Assembly (NCBI GenBank): GCA_024684355.1
Contig: JAIKXA010000060.1
Coordinates: 13,476 to 77,475 of the forward strand
Length of the DNA: 64,000 nt
Source of the DNA: Lachnospiraceae bacterium
GTDB taxonomy: Bacteria > Bacillota > Clostridia > Lachnospirales > Lachnospiraceae
Direction: 5' to 3'
The number at the start of each line of letters is the position of its first letter. Within the stretch, counting starts at the first letter, position 1. Under the pieces are notes generated by a model. That model was given only the letters and a program-made list of their open reading frames with translations, did not search any database and had not been told where the DNA came from. The translations under genes and the position numbers were made by a program. Below are positions 47,433 to 57,277 of the stretch, piece by piece.

Positions 47433-48284
47433 ATGGAGAAGAAGAGTATCAGCAAAGAAGAACTGAATAAGATGCTCCAGAAGTATGCTATAGGGAAAAA
47501 GCCGCTTGCCAAGCTCCTTGGCTGGGGTGAGACCACTATAGTGCTTTACTGCGGCATGGATACGATCCCTTCGAATGAATATACTCAGACCCTGTACAGG
47601 CTCTATACCGACAAAAACAGCTTCCGTGAGCTTCTTACGGACAACAGGGACAAGCTTACGGAAGTGGCATACCGTAAATGCCTTACAAAGCTCTATAAGC
47701 CGATCTTAGACAGTAGGATACTTCTTATAGCGCAGTACATCATCGATAAAAGCCCTTATCCGTTAAGCCAGGCACATCTGGACGTACTTCTTTTATGGGC
47801 ACAGATACTGTCGCTTAAGTTCTTAAATAAACCTGTATTTGAGGATGTTTACCAGCCCACCAAGGGAAACGGCAATTCACCGTACAGAGTGGTGGCGGAA
47901 GCGTATAAGGAAAATCTGTTTTTCACGGAAAATACTCCTGAGAGCAGCACAGTATTAAAGGAAAGTCTTATAAAATACTTTAATATTACTCCGGATAAGC
48001 TTATAGATGATGAAACGAAAGATATCCTTTCATTTGTCACGGAGTTTTTCTCTTGGTACGGGGAAAGAGCATTCACAAATATGCTCGCAGCCGAGCGTTT
48101 CAGGCTCTGCGGACCGCCCAATACCAAAAACAGAAGATCGGTATCGATAGAACTTATGAAAAAAATATACGGTGACATCTTTGAACAGGCAAAGGTTAAA
48201 AAGCTGAAGGATGTGGAATCTTTTGTATTTAAGCGTTTAGAAGCGATAAGAAAGAAGATACCTGTTACCGATAAACAGATATAA
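47433..48284 (+). CDS. Hypothetical protein with HTH-like N-terminus and Panacea/DUF4065 (SocA-like antitoxin) core
   Basis: The segment IAQYIIDKSPYPLSQAHLDVLLLWAQILSLKFLNKPVFEDVYQPTKGNGNSPYRVVAEAYK aligns by eye to the SocA/DUF4065 pattern (PLTNLKLQKLLYFAQG...GxPLFxExFEAWxxGPVxxxVY). Confidence 0.5.
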   Translation: MEKKSISKEELNKMLQKYAIGKKPLAKLLGWGETTIVLYCGMDTIPSNEYTQTLYRLYTDKNSFRELLTDNRDKLTEVAYRKCLTKLYKPILDSRILLIAQYIIDKSPYPLSQAHLDVLLLWAQILSLKFLNKPVFEDVYQPTKGNGNSPYRVVAEAYKENLFFTENTPESSTVLKESLIKYFNITPDKLIDDETKDILSFVTEFFSWYGERAFTNMLAAERFRLCGPPNTKNRRSVSIELMKKIYGDIFEQAKVKKLKDVESFVFKRLEAIRKKIPVTDKQI

Positions 48285-48359
48285 ACAGACAAGATCAAAA
48301 CCGGATATTAATAGATAAAACGCATAAAAACATATAAAACATATAAAACATATAAAAAC

Positions 48360-48398
48360 AGAGACTTCATACCCCAAATATGAAGTCTCTATATTTTT
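48360..48398. terminator. Bidirectional terminator between the convergent ORF 47433 and typA
   Basis: A 12-bp perfect stem (48360-71 / 48379-90) with T-rich tracts on both strands. Confidence 0.7.
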
Positions 48399-50223
48399 AA
48401 CCTTTTTTGAAACCTGCACGTTTTCTGAGTGTGGGATCAAGTATCTTCTTTCTGATCCTTAAGTTCTTGGGAGTGATCTCCAAGAGCTCATCATCATCGA
48501 TAAACTCAAGAGCCTGTTCAAGTGACAGGATCCTGGGAGGAGTAAGTCTTAAAGCTTCATCCGCGCTTGATGAACGTGTATTGGTCATCTGCTTTCTCTT
48601 GCATACGTTAAGCTCGATATCCTCGCCCTTGCCGCTCTGACCTACTACCATGCCTGCATATACCTGCTCACCGGGTCCGATAAACAGAGTACCGCGCTCC
48701 TGGGCATTGTAAAGACCGTATGTTACCGACTCACCGCTCTCGAAAGCTATCAGGCTTCCCTGCTTTCTGAAAGCTATATCTCCCTTGTAAGGGCCGTATC
48801 CGTCAAATATCGTATTAAGTATGCCGTTACCCTTTGTATCGGTCATAAACTCGCCGCGGTATCCGATAAGACCTCTTGCGGGGATACTGAATTCCAGACG
48901 GTTATATCCGCCGGAAACTGTGGACATGTTAAGAAGTTCACCCTTACGGCTGCTGAGCTTCTCGATAACGGTACCTGAAAACTCATCGGGTACGTCGACA
49001 TAAGCCTTCTCCATGGGCTCGAGCTTTTCGCCGTTCTCGCCCTTCTTGTAGATAACCTGTGCCTTACTTACCGCAAACTCATAACCTTCACGTCTCATGG
49101 TCTCTATAAGTATGGAAAGATGAAGCTCGCCACGTCCCGAAACCTTAAATGCTTCGGTAGTATCTGTCTCTTCAACCTTTAAGCTCACATCTGTATTAAG
49201 CTCTCTAAAAAGTCTGTCTCTTAAGTGACGTGATGTAACCCATTTGCCTTCCTTGCCTGCCAAAGGAGAATCATTGACTACAAAGTTCATGGAAAGAGTG
49301 GGCTCGGAGATCTTCTGGAAAGGAATAGCCGTGGCATCTTCGGGAGAGCAGAGAGTATCGCCGATATGGATATCCTCTATACCCGAGAAAGCTACTATCG
49401 AACCGATACCGGCTTCCTGTACCTCAACCTTCTTTAAGCCGTCATATTCGTAAAGCTTGCTGACCTTAACTTTTTTCTGCTTGGAAGGATCGTGATAGTT
49501 AACGATCACAACCTCCTGGCCTACCTTGATGGTACCGTTGTCAACCTTACCGACACCGATCCTGCCTACATACTCATTGTAGTCGATAGTGCTTACGAGT
49601 ACCTGAGTTCCGCGGTCGGGGTCACCCTCGGGAGCGGGGATGTACTCCAGTATAGTATCAAAGAGAGGCTTCATATTCTGAGGTGTATCATTAAGCTCTA
49701 AAATAGCCACACCTGACTTAGCGGAAGCATAAACGAAAGGACAGTCAAGCTGCTCATCGCTTGCATCAAGCTCGATAAAGAGTTCGAGTACCTCATCGAT
49801 TACACGCTTGGGATCTGCCTCGGGTCTGTCAATCTTATTGATACAGCATATAACCGGGAGATTAAGCTCCAAAGCTTTCTTTAAAACGAACTTGGTCTGG
49901 GGCATCGGGCCTTCAAAAGCATCAACGACCAGGATAACACCGTTAACCATCTTAAGTACACGCTCAACCTCGCCGCCGAAATCGGCATGGCCGGGAGTAT
50001 CAATGATATTGATCTTGACACCGTTATAATTAACCGCGGTATTCTTGGAAAGGATGGTGATACCTCTTTCCCTTTCAAGGTCGTTGGAGTCCATGACTCT
50101 TTCCTCAACCACCTGATTGGATCTGAATACACCGCTCTGACGGAGCAGCGCATCGACCAGAGTGGTCTTACCGTGGTCTACGTGTGCGATAATTGCTATA
50201 TTTCTGATATCTTCGCGTTTCAT
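48397..50223 (-). CDS. typA: Translational GTPase TypA/BipA
   Basis: Motifs AHVDHGKTTLVD, DTPGHADFGGEVER and NKIDR. Length of 608 aa. Confidence 0.96.
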   Translation of the reverse strand: MKREDIRNIAIIAHVDHGKTTLVDALLRQSGVFRSNQVVEERVMDSNDLERERGITILSKNTAVNYNGVKINIIDTPGHADFGGEVERVLKMVNGVILVVDAFEGPMPQTKFVLKKALELNLPVICCINKIDRPEADPKRVIDEVLELFIELDASDEQLDCPFVYASAKSGVAILELNDTPQNMKPLFDTILEYIPAPEGDPDRGTQVLVSTIDYNEYVGRIGVGKVDNGTIKVGQEVVIVNYHDPSKQKKVKVSKLYEYDGLKKVEVQEAGIGSIVAFSGIEDIHIGDTLCSPEDATAIPFQKISEPTLSMNFVVNDSPLAGKEGKWVTSRHLRDRLFRELNTDVSLKVEETDTTEAFKVSGRGELHLSILIETMRREGYEFAVSKAQVIYKKGENGEKLEPMEKAYVDVPDEFSGTVIEKLSSRKGELLNMSTVSGGYNRLEFSIPARGLIGYRGEFMTDTKGNGILNTIFDGYGPYKGDIAFRKQGSLIAFESGESVTYGLYNAQERGTLFIGPGEQVYAGMVVGQSGKGEDIELNVCKRKQMTNTRSSSADEALRLTPPRILSLEQALEFIDDDELLEITPKNLRIRKKILDPTLRKRAGFKKG

Positions 50224-50372
50224 TTCAAACCTCTTATAATTATGTGCTGATTCATTATATCTTCAAACTCAAATATTTTATCAATAATACAGAAAAAAGG
50301 CAAGTAAAAATTTTTACGGGAGCATATAGCTATTTTGTGAAAAATGACAAACCTGTAAATGAAAACCCTTCA

Positions 50373-50401
50373 TTGACAAAACACAGCCGGGGTATTATAC
50401 T
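50373..50401 (+). promoter_or_regulatory. Putative thrH promoter
   Basis: TTGACA (50373-78), 17-nt spacer, TATACT (50396-401). Confidence 0.5.
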
Positions 50402-50484
50402 AAACGCGATACTGTTGTTTTTTAGTCGGTGACATAAGCAGGCAGATCACCGATATGCACCATGCCTGCGTCAAGGTATATGTA

Positions 50485-51087
50485 ATGAATATAGTGTGTT
50501 TGGATTTAGAAGGTGTACTTGTACCTGAGATCTGGATCGCCTTTTCAGAGGCAAGCGGTATTCCGGAGCTCAGAAGGACCACAAGGGACGAGCCGGATTA
50601 CGACAAGCTCATGAAATTCAGGATAGGAATATTAAAGGAGCACGGCTTAGGATTAAAAGAGATCCAGGATACTATAGCAAAGATAGATCCCATGCCAGGC
50701 GCAAAAGAGTTTTTGGACGAACTCAGAAGCTTTACACAGGTACTGATACTCAGTGATACATTTTCACAGTTTGCCGGACCTCTGATGAAAAAACTCGGAT
50801 ACCCCACCATTTTCTGCAACACTCTTGAAGTAGCGGAAAACGGCGAGATCACCGGATTTAAGATGAGATGCGAGAAGTCAAAGCTCAGCACCGTAAAAGC
50901 ACTGCAGTCCATAGGCTTTGAGACCATAGCAGCAGGCGACAGCCATAACGATCTCGGCATGATACTTAACAGCAAGGCAGGCTTCCTGTTTAAGAGCACC
51001 GCTCAGATTAAGGCAGATTATCCCGAGCTTCCCGCATATGAGACATACGATGAGCTCATGGCCGCTATCAAGGCAGTGTGCGATTAA
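50485..51087 (+). CDS. thrH: HAD-family phosphoserine phosphatase/homoserine phosphotransferase ThrH-like
   Basis: MNIVCLDLEGVLVPEIWIAFSE...TTRDEPDYDKLM...ILSDTF...AAGDSHND closely resembles Pseudomonas ThrH from memory. Confidence 0.8.
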   Translation: MNIVCLDLEGVLVPEIWIAFSEASGIPELRRTTRDEPDYDKLMKFRIGILKEHGLGLKEIQDTIAKIDPMPGAKEFLDELRSFTQVLILSDTFSQFAGPLMKKLGYPTIFCNTLEVAENGEITGFKMRCEKSKLSTVKALQSIGFETIAAGDSHNDLGMILNSKAGFLFKSTAQIKADYPELPAYETYDELMAAIKAVCD

Positions 51088-51273
51088 AAAAATCTTAAGT
51101 AAAACGTTATAATAATTTAAGAAAAGTACGATATAATACATAACATAATTTAAGATATCCCCCACATCTTAGCATAGCGAAGGCGGTGGGAGATATTCGT
51201 TTCAGACGGAGTTCAAACACCGACTGAAATGAGATGCGGGTTATAAAAAGTGAAAAGAGAGGAGGGCGTATGT

Positions 51274-52383
51274 ATGTACGATGAGTTTCTGCAGCAGCTT
51301 GTGCAGCTTAACTTTCTGCCGTTATGCATTATAGTCTTCCTTATTATATTTATAGGGTTCAATGATGTATACGAGCACGAAGTAACGGTCATGTTTGTAA
51401 AACCCATATTCTTCCTGATACTCCTTATAGTGATCGATAACTTCGATTATTATATGGTAAACGGAGGGAACTCGAGCATTATCCACAAGATCATAACCGT
51501 ACTCGGTTACAATGTACGTATAACCCTGATGCTTTCACTTATCTTTATTGAGATCAGGGAAGAAAGCCATAGGGCAAAGATGCTGCTGCTTATCCCTGCA
51601 TTCGTGAATATAATCATAACATTTATCGGTCTGTTCACCGATCTGGTATTTACCTATGCCGATAACGGCGACTTCGTGAGAGGACCGCTCGGATTTACGC
51701 CGCATGTGGTTTCACTCATATACTCGGCGATACTGTTTATCTACGGTATCCACATCTTAAAGTACGACAGATGGCGTGAGACAGTGGTTGTATGTATATC
51801 CACGGTACTGTCACTGCTCGGTACGGGAGTTGAGACCGTATTTATGCTTCGAGGCATACTTATCGGAGTCATTTCACTGGTAGTCGCATTTTTCTATATG
51901 TTCATGCACGTGGAATACTTTAAACGCGACATAATGACCGGAGCGCTTAACCGCGTAAGCTTTTATGCAGATACGAAAAACCTTGAGAGCAAAGATATGG
52001 TAGCGGTATTCTCCATAGACTTAAATGACCTTAAGATAATCAATGATACCCAGGGCCATTCAGCAGGAGATGACGCTATACGCGGGGCTGCCCAGGTAAT
52101 AAGAAAAGACCTGAAGAAGGGCATGCATTTCTACCGCATAGGCGGAGATGAATTTGTAATAGTAAGTGTCGGTATAGGAAAAGACATCGTAGAATCAACG
52201 GAAATGGCATTACGTGCCGATATGATATCGTCAACATATAAGTTTGCCATGGGCTGTGCATTTATGGAAAATGACGAAGTATTCGATGATGTATACAAAC
52301 GCGCCGACAGGGAAATGTACCTGAACAAGCGCATGATGAAGGGCGAACGAAGAAAGAATCTGCAAAAGTCCGCAACTGTATAA
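51274..52383 (+). CDS. Membrane-bound diguanylate cyclase (GGDEF domain)
   Basis: ATG at 51274 after GGAGGG. About six TM helices. Motifs DLNDLKIINDTQGHSAGD and YRIGGDEFVIV. Confidence 0.88.
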   Translation: MYDEFLQQLVQLNFLPLCIIVFLIIFIGFNDVYEHEVTVMFVKPIFFLILLIVIDNFDYYMVNGGNSSIIHKIITVLGYNVRITLMLSLIFIEIREESHRAKMLLLIPAFVNIIITFIGLFTDLVFTYADNGDFVRGPLGFTPHVVSLIYSAILFIYGIHILKYDRWRETVVVCISTVLSLLGTGVETVFMLRGILIGVISLVVAFFYMFMHVEYFKRDIMTGALNRVSFYADTKNLESKDMVAVFSIDLNDLKIINDTQGHSAGDDAIRGAAQVIRKDLKKGMHFYRIGGDEFVIVSVGIGKDIVESTEMALRADMISSTYKFAMGCAFMENDEVFDDVYKRADREMYLNKRMMKGERRKNLQKSATV

Positions 52384-52449
52384 AAATTTATATTCTATAA
52401 TTAACCCGCAACCTGTTTTGTGGCCTGTTATCAAGTAACACATAATTAA

Positions 52450-52532
52450 GGGCTCGTGACGGATAATTCCCGATCTTAATTGTCTTTGGTGACAATTAAG
52501 TCGGGATGTTGTCCGGACAGAGCCCTTTTTTT
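52450..52532 (+). terminator. Long imperfect hairpin plus T7: terminator of the GGDEF gene
   Basis: GGGCTC (52450-55) pairs with GAGCCC (52520-25), with internal pairing such as TCTTAATTGTC/GACAATTAAGT. TTTTTTT follows. Confidence 0.65.
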
Positions 52533-52556
52533 GTTAAAATAGCAGGATACAAAACC

Positions 52557-52623
52557 TGGGGGCCACGGATTGTTTTTCGGGACACTCTTTGATGTGTGTC
52601 CCGGGAAATGATCCGTGACCCCC
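52557..52623. repeat. Second long two-tier palindrome, sequence-related to the arm of the 52450 hairpin
   Basis: Outer arms are GGGGGCCACGGAT/ATCCGTGACCCCC and inner arms are CGGGACAC/GTGTCCCG. Confidence 0.5.
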
Positions 52624-52680
52624 GCGGGTTAATTATAGTTAATGAAATTTTAATGGGGTCAGACCCCTATACTAATAAGA

Positions 52681-55101
52681 TTAAATGTAGTACTCTACAT
52701 TATACTCAGTCTTGCCGGCTGCTGCAGGAACGAGGTTGCCTGCTACAGATGCGCCGTCTACTACGAGACCTTTGCCGCTGCCATCCTGGATAACACTGAT
52801 ATTGTAGGTTGCGCCTCTATACTTACGTGATACCTTGTAGCTGCCGAAATCCTTGGTAACGCAAGGCTTGATAGCAAGTCCGTCAAGTGTAGGCTGTACA
52901 CCGAGTATAGCCTGTGTGATATCAACAACTACCCAAGCTGCTGTACCGGTAAGGAATGAGTTCTTAGCCTCACCGTAATGAGCTGCAGCACGTCCTGCGA
53001 TCATCTGGCTGTATACGTAAGGCTCTGTACGGTGGATCTCGCTTACATCCTCAAGGAATGCAGGACAGCTTCTCTTATAGATATCGAAAGCCTTCTCAGC
53101 ATCACCGATAACGGTAGCCGCTACTGAACACCAAGGGTTGTTATGTGTGAATATAGCACCGTTCTCCTTGTATCCGGGCGGATAAGAGGAAATCTCGCCA
53201 AGCTCTAAGTGATATGTGGTATAGCAGGGAGCAAGGATCTCGATACCGTAATCATTCATCAGATGCTTATAGATGGAATCAAGTGCCTTAGCGCCGAATC
53301 CCTTCTCCTGGCCGATGCCTGCCATAGTACAGAAGCCCTGAGGCTCGATGAAGATCTTGCCTTCTTCGCATTCATTTGAACCAACCTTGTTTCCGTATGC
53401 ATCATATGCACGAAGGAACCACTCGCCGTCCCATCCGAATTCCTCTGTAGCGGTCTTAACCTTGTCTACTTCGGCTCTGATGGTCTTAGCTTCATCGGTA
53501 AGACCGATATGCTCGCAGATATCAGCATATTCCTTACCGTACTTAACAAACATACCTGCGATAAATACAGATTCTGCAACAGGGCCCTCGCTGGGTCCGA
53601 AGGTCTGGAAGGATTCGCCGGGCTCGCTTGAGAAGCAGTTAAGGTTCAGGCAGTCATTCCAGTCTGCACGTCCGATAAGAGGAAGACCGTGAGGTCCTTT
53701 GTTGTTGATAGTGAAGTTGATACTTCTGCGTAAGTGCTCCATAAGGGGCTTTTCGCTGCCTTCAACATTATTGAAAGGAGTGGGATGGTCAAGTATCGAA
53801 GTATCGCCTGTCTCACGGATGTAAGCTGCGGTACAAGCCACAAGCCATAACGGGTCATCATTGAAACCGCCGCCGATATCGGCATTTCCGCGCTTGGTAA
53901 GAGGCTGGTACTGATGATATGTTGAACCGTTCTCAAACTGTATTGAAGCGATATCGATGATCCTGTCGCGTGCTCTCTCGGGGATAAGATGCATGAAACC
54001 GAGCAGATCCTGACAGGAATCTCTGAATCCCATACCACGGCCGATACCTGTCTCCCAGTAGGAAGCGGAACGGCTCATGTTGAATGTAACCATAACCTGG
54101 TACTGATGCCAGATATTAACCATACGGTTAACCTTCTCATCCTTGCTCTCTACATGGTAGATGGAGAGAAGCTCTTCCCAGTACTTCTTTAATGCATCGA
54201 AAGCTGCGTCGCATGCTTCGGTGGTATTGTACTTATTGATAAGAGCGATGGCGGGCTTCTTATTTATAACGCCCTTTGATTCCCATTTCTGGTCATTGGG
54301 AACCTCTATGTAGCCTAACTGGAATACATAGGACTTTTTCTCGCCGGGAGCCAGAGTAACCTTGATCGAATGGCTTGCGATTGGATACCAGCCGCTTGCT
54401 ACGGTATTTCCGCTCTTTCCGTTCTCTACTGCAACGGGATTGTTCCATGCACGTCTTGCACCTAAGAATACGTCACGGTCGGTATCGAAACCGTCGATAT
54501 CGGCATTTACGGTAAAGAAAGCGTAGTGATTACGTCTCTCACGGAACTCAGTCTTATGATAGATGGTGCTGCCGATCACTTCAAGCTCGCCGATGCTTAA
54601 GTTTCTCTGATAGTTCTGAGAATCATCAACCGCATTCCAGAGACACCACTCGATACCGCTGAAGATGGTAAGCTCTTTTGTTTCGTTTGAATCATTGGAA
54701 ACCTCTAACTTATGAAGTTCGCAGGCATCTCCTAAAGGAACAAAAAAAGTAAGCTTGGCATTTACGCCGTCTTTTTTGCTGTTAAATGTGGTATAGCCCA
54801 TACCGTGTCTGCACTCGTAGCTGTCAAGCTCGGTCTCTGCGGGACGGTAAGCGGGGCTCCAGACGGTAGCACCGTCCTTGATGTAATAAAGTCTGCCGCC
54901 GATATCACCGGGTACATCATTATAACGGTATCTGGTGATACGTCTGAGCTTTGCGTCGCGGTAGAAGCAGTATCCGCCGGCGGTATTGGAGATCAGACCG
55001 TAAAAACCGTCATTCCCAAGGTAGTTGATCCAGGGAAGAGGAGTAAAAGGTGTGGTTATGCAGTATTCTTTAGCTGCATCATCAAAAAATCCGAATTTCA
55101 T
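52681..55101 (-). CDS. GH94 cellobiose phosphorylase
   Basis: Start MKFGFFDDAAKEYCITTPFTPLPWINYLG at 55101 (the track start at 55164 is probably too early). About 806 aa with a typical GH94 body. Confidence 0.9.
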   Translation of the reverse strand: MKFGFFDDAAKEYCITTPFTPLPWINYLGNDGFYGLISNTAGGYCFYRDAKLRRITRYRYNDVPGDIGGRLYYIKDGATVWSPAYRPAETELDSYECRHGMGYTTFNSKKDGVNAKLTFFVPLGDACELHKLEVSNDSNETKELTIFSGIEWCLWNAVDDSQNYQRNLSIGELEVIGSTIYHKTEFRERRNHYAFFTVNADIDGFDTDRDVFLGARRAWNNPVAVENGKSGNTVASGWYPIASHSIKVTLAPGEKKSYVFQLGYIEVPNDQKWESKGVINKKPAIALINKYNTTEACDAAFDALKKYWEELLSIYHVESKDEKVNRMVNIWHQYQVMVTFNMSRSASYWETGIGRGMGFRDSCQDLLGFMHLIPERARDRIIDIASIQFENGSTYHQYQPLTKRGNADIGGGFNDDPLWLVACTAAYIRETGDTSILDHPTPFNNVEGSEKPLMEHLRRSINFTINNKGPHGLPLIGRADWNDCLNLNCFSSEPGESFQTFGPSEGPVAESVFIAGMFVKYGKEYADICEHIGLTDEAKTIRAEVDKVKTATEEFGWDGEWFLRAYDAYGNKVGSNECEEGKIFIEPQGFCTMAGIGQEKGFGAKALDSIYKHLMNDYGIEILAPCYTTYHLELGEISSYPPGYKENGAIFTHNNPWCSVAATVIGDAEKAFDIYKRSCPAFLEDVSEIHRTEPYVYSQMIAGRAAAHYGEAKNSFLTGTAAWVVVDITQAILGVQPTLDGLAIKPCVTKDFGSYKVSRKYRGATYNISVIQDGSGKGLVVDGASVAGNLVPAAAGKTEYNVEYYI

Positions 55102-55136
55102 AAAAAGAATCCTTTCTTTATAGAAGTGATAGTACC

Positions 55137-55164
55137 ATTTTATCATAAAAAAAACCTTTTGCAA
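55137..55164 (-). promoter_or_regulatory. Putative promoter of the cellobiose phosphorylase gene
   Basis: On the minus strand: TTGCAA (55164-59), 16-nt spacer, TAAAAT (55142-37). Confidence 0.45.
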
Positions 55165-55193
55165 TGTATTATTTTAATCAAAAAAAATTTTAT

Positions 55194-55222
55194 TTGACAA
55201 CAATCTATCGTAGCAGTAAAAT
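55194..55222 (+). promoter_or_regulatory. Putative promoter of ORF 55350
   Basis: TTGACA (55194-99), 17-nt spacer, TAAAAT (55217-22). Confidence 0.5.
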
Positions 55223-55349
55223 GTTAGAATAGTAATTATATGTATTTAAATATAATGCGACATGGACGTTTTTATAGCAAGATAGTCCATCATATGCCGG
55301 ATGCTGCAAAGCAGTATCTGACGGTTTCATATTCATGGGAGGTTAAACT

Positions 55350-57251
55350 ATGTTTTGTGAAAAATGCGGAAGTAAGATCCCTGACGGCAGTGCATTTTGT
55401 CCCAACTGCGGAAGCAAAGCTGCGGCAGCTGCTGTAAAGGAAGTAAAGCAGGAAGTGGTTCAGGCAGCTGAGAATGCAGTAGAGGTTCAGCAGCAGGCAG
55501 TAGCAACAGTTGATCAGGCTGCAGCAGATGCCCAGGCTCAGGTAGCAAATGTACAGGCACAGGTAGAGGCGCAGGCAGTAGCAGCACAGAATGCACCTGC
55601 AGCACCCGTTAAACCGCCTAAGCAGCCCAAGCCCAAGAAAGAGAAGACAGGTAAGAAGGTTAGCGCAGGTCTCATCATAGCCATCGCGATCTTAGCAGTA
55701 GTACTTGCGGTAGGAGCTGTATTCCTTTTCTCAAAGTCAGCAAGAAACGCAGTAAAGAAGGCATTCTCATCCGATGAGGATTACTTCAGGAGTGTAGAAC
55801 AGAATGCGGTTGAAGATCTTGTAGATATGCTTTGTACAGCATATGACAGCGATCTTATGGAACTGCTTGATTTCTATGAGTCAGAGTTTGCTCTTAACGG
55901 CGATATCGATGTTAAGAAAGACGCTGAAGATCTCATGGAGAAGATACTTAAGGCTACAAACAAGAGCCTTGACCTTACATGGGTTAACAGCGGAAAGCTT
56001 GAAGCTGATTTCGCTATGAAGGACGGCGCTGTTCAGTTAAAGGGCGGTATCACAGCCAATAAGAAGACCTTATTTGATTTCGACCTTATCGCAGATCTTA
56101 ACGATGCTATGGCTTATATAGGCTTACCTCTGCTCAATCCCGAGTATGCAGCTATAGACCTGTTAGACAAGATCGATCCCGATCAGCTCCTTGACAGGAT
56201 TGATGATTTCAAGGCATTAAAGGATGCTGTTCCTACAACAAAAGAGATCAAGAAGCTTGTTTCCAAGTATACAGAGATTGCGCTTAAGAGCATAAAGAAA
56301 GTCAGCAACGTAAAGAAGGATGTTAAGCTTAGCGTAGGCAATGCGAAAGGCGAGTTTACAAGATACAGAGTCATCATTGACGAAGACGTAATGATGGACC
56401 TTGTTGAAGCAGTATGTGATGAAATACTTAAAGACAACGAACTTGAAGATATCCTTGTACGTATTGAAGATACCGGTCTTTACAAAGATGGCGAGTTCGT
56501 AGATAAGTTCTATGAGAGAGTAAACGATATACTTGATAATATAGATAAGATGAAATTCAATGAGCTTTCACTTGAAGTTTATGTAGACGGTGCAGGCGAT
56601 ATAGTTGCTCAGCATGTTTTCGATGCAGATTCAAAGCTTGTAGCAGCATACCAGTATGTTATCGCTGATGACAAGAGCTTCGGCTTCGAGATAGGTACAT
56701 ACAGAAACGATGAACTCAGAAAAGGCTTTGCAGTAACCGGCGAGTACAACGGCGGCAAGGTTACCGGTACTTTTGAGAATTATCGTTCCGGTTCTCCCAG
56801 AAGCAGCATCGAGTTCCAGGATGTTAATGTAAGAAAGCTCCTTTCAGGTAATCCTTCAGGAAAGCTTGAATACAGCTTAGCAACATTTACAGGTATGTCT
56901 TCACTCAGAGATTACGATCTTATAGTTGATTTCGATCTTTCTGTAAAGAGCTCCAAGGCTAACATCGAGATCAAAGAAAATGACAAGACTCTTGTTACTG
57001 CAGACTTAACATTAAAGAAGTCTTCAGCATCAAAGATCAAGGCTCCTTCAAAGACTGTTGATATTTCAAGCAGCACAGATATTAAGGACTTCTTAGAGGA
57101 TCTTGATTTCGACAAGATGCTTGACAACTGCGAAGCAGCAGAGATGCCTGATGCATATACACGTGTTATCGAGAAGCTTACAAGAAACGGCATAAGCCTT
57201 GACAGCCTTACAGGCATGCTTCCTTCCAGCCTCAGGAAAAAGCTTAGATAA
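55350..57251 (+). CDS. Zinc-ribbon-anchored membrane protein with large unknown extracytoplasmic domain
   Basis: N-terminal CxxC-x12-CxxC ribbon (MFCEKCGSKIPDGSAFCPNCGSK), an A/Q/V-rich linker, one TM and about 500 aa with no recognised domain. Confidence 0.75.
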   Translation: MFCEKCGSKIPDGSAFCPNCGSKAAAAAVKEVKQEVVQAAENAVEVQQQAVATVDQAAADAQAQVANVQAQVEAQAVAAQNAPAAPVKPPKQPKPKKEKTGKKVSAGLIIAIAILAVVLAVGAVFLFSKSARNAVKKAFSSDEDYFRSVEQNAVEDLVDMLCTAYDSDLMELLDFYESEFALNGDIDVKKDAEDLMEKILKATNKSLDLTWVNSGKLEADFAMKDGAVQLKGGITANKKTLFDFDLIADLNDAMAYIGLPLLNPEYAAIDLLDKIDPDQLLDRIDDFKALKDAVPTTKEIKKLVSKYTEIALKSIKKVSNVKKDVKLSVGNAKGEFTRYRVIIDEDVMMDLVEAVCDEILKDNELEDILVRIEDTGLYKDGEFVDKFYERVNDILDNIDKMKFNELSLEVYVDGAGDIVAQHVFDADSKLVAAYQYVIADDKSFGFEIGTYRNDELRKGFAVTGEYNGGKVTGTFENYRSGSPRSSIEFQDVNVRKLLSGNPSGKLEYSLATFTGMSSLRDYDLIVDFDLSVKSSKANIEIKENDKTLVTADLTLKKSSASKIKAPSKTVDISSSTDIKDFLEDLDFDKMLDNCEAAEMPDAYTRVIEKLTRNGISLDSLTGMLPSSLRKKLR

Positions 57252-57277
57252 TAACCTGTAATTGATTGGAGTTTTTA

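Noticed and set aside
48322-48358. Four tandem copies of a 9-nt unit ((G/C)ATA(T)AAAA) that might look like a micro-array.
   Set aside because: The repeats are contiguous with no spacers, far too short for CRISPR, and AT-rich. They sit just before the bidirectional terminator. This is most likely simple slippage sequence.
46616-48396. A possible genomic island integrated at tRNA-Arg.
   Set aside because: There is no integrase, and I could see no direct repeat of the tRNA 3' end before typA. Only two genes are present, so I kept it as a small islet or TA-candidate finding rather than a mobile element.
51088-51273. The leader of the GGDEF cyclase, with two hairpins (51164-96 and 51200-29), considered as a c-di-GMP riboswitch.
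   Set aside because: I could not match either GEMM-I or class II consensus features from memory, and no terminator or anti-SD logic is evident. A covariance-model scan would be needed to say more.
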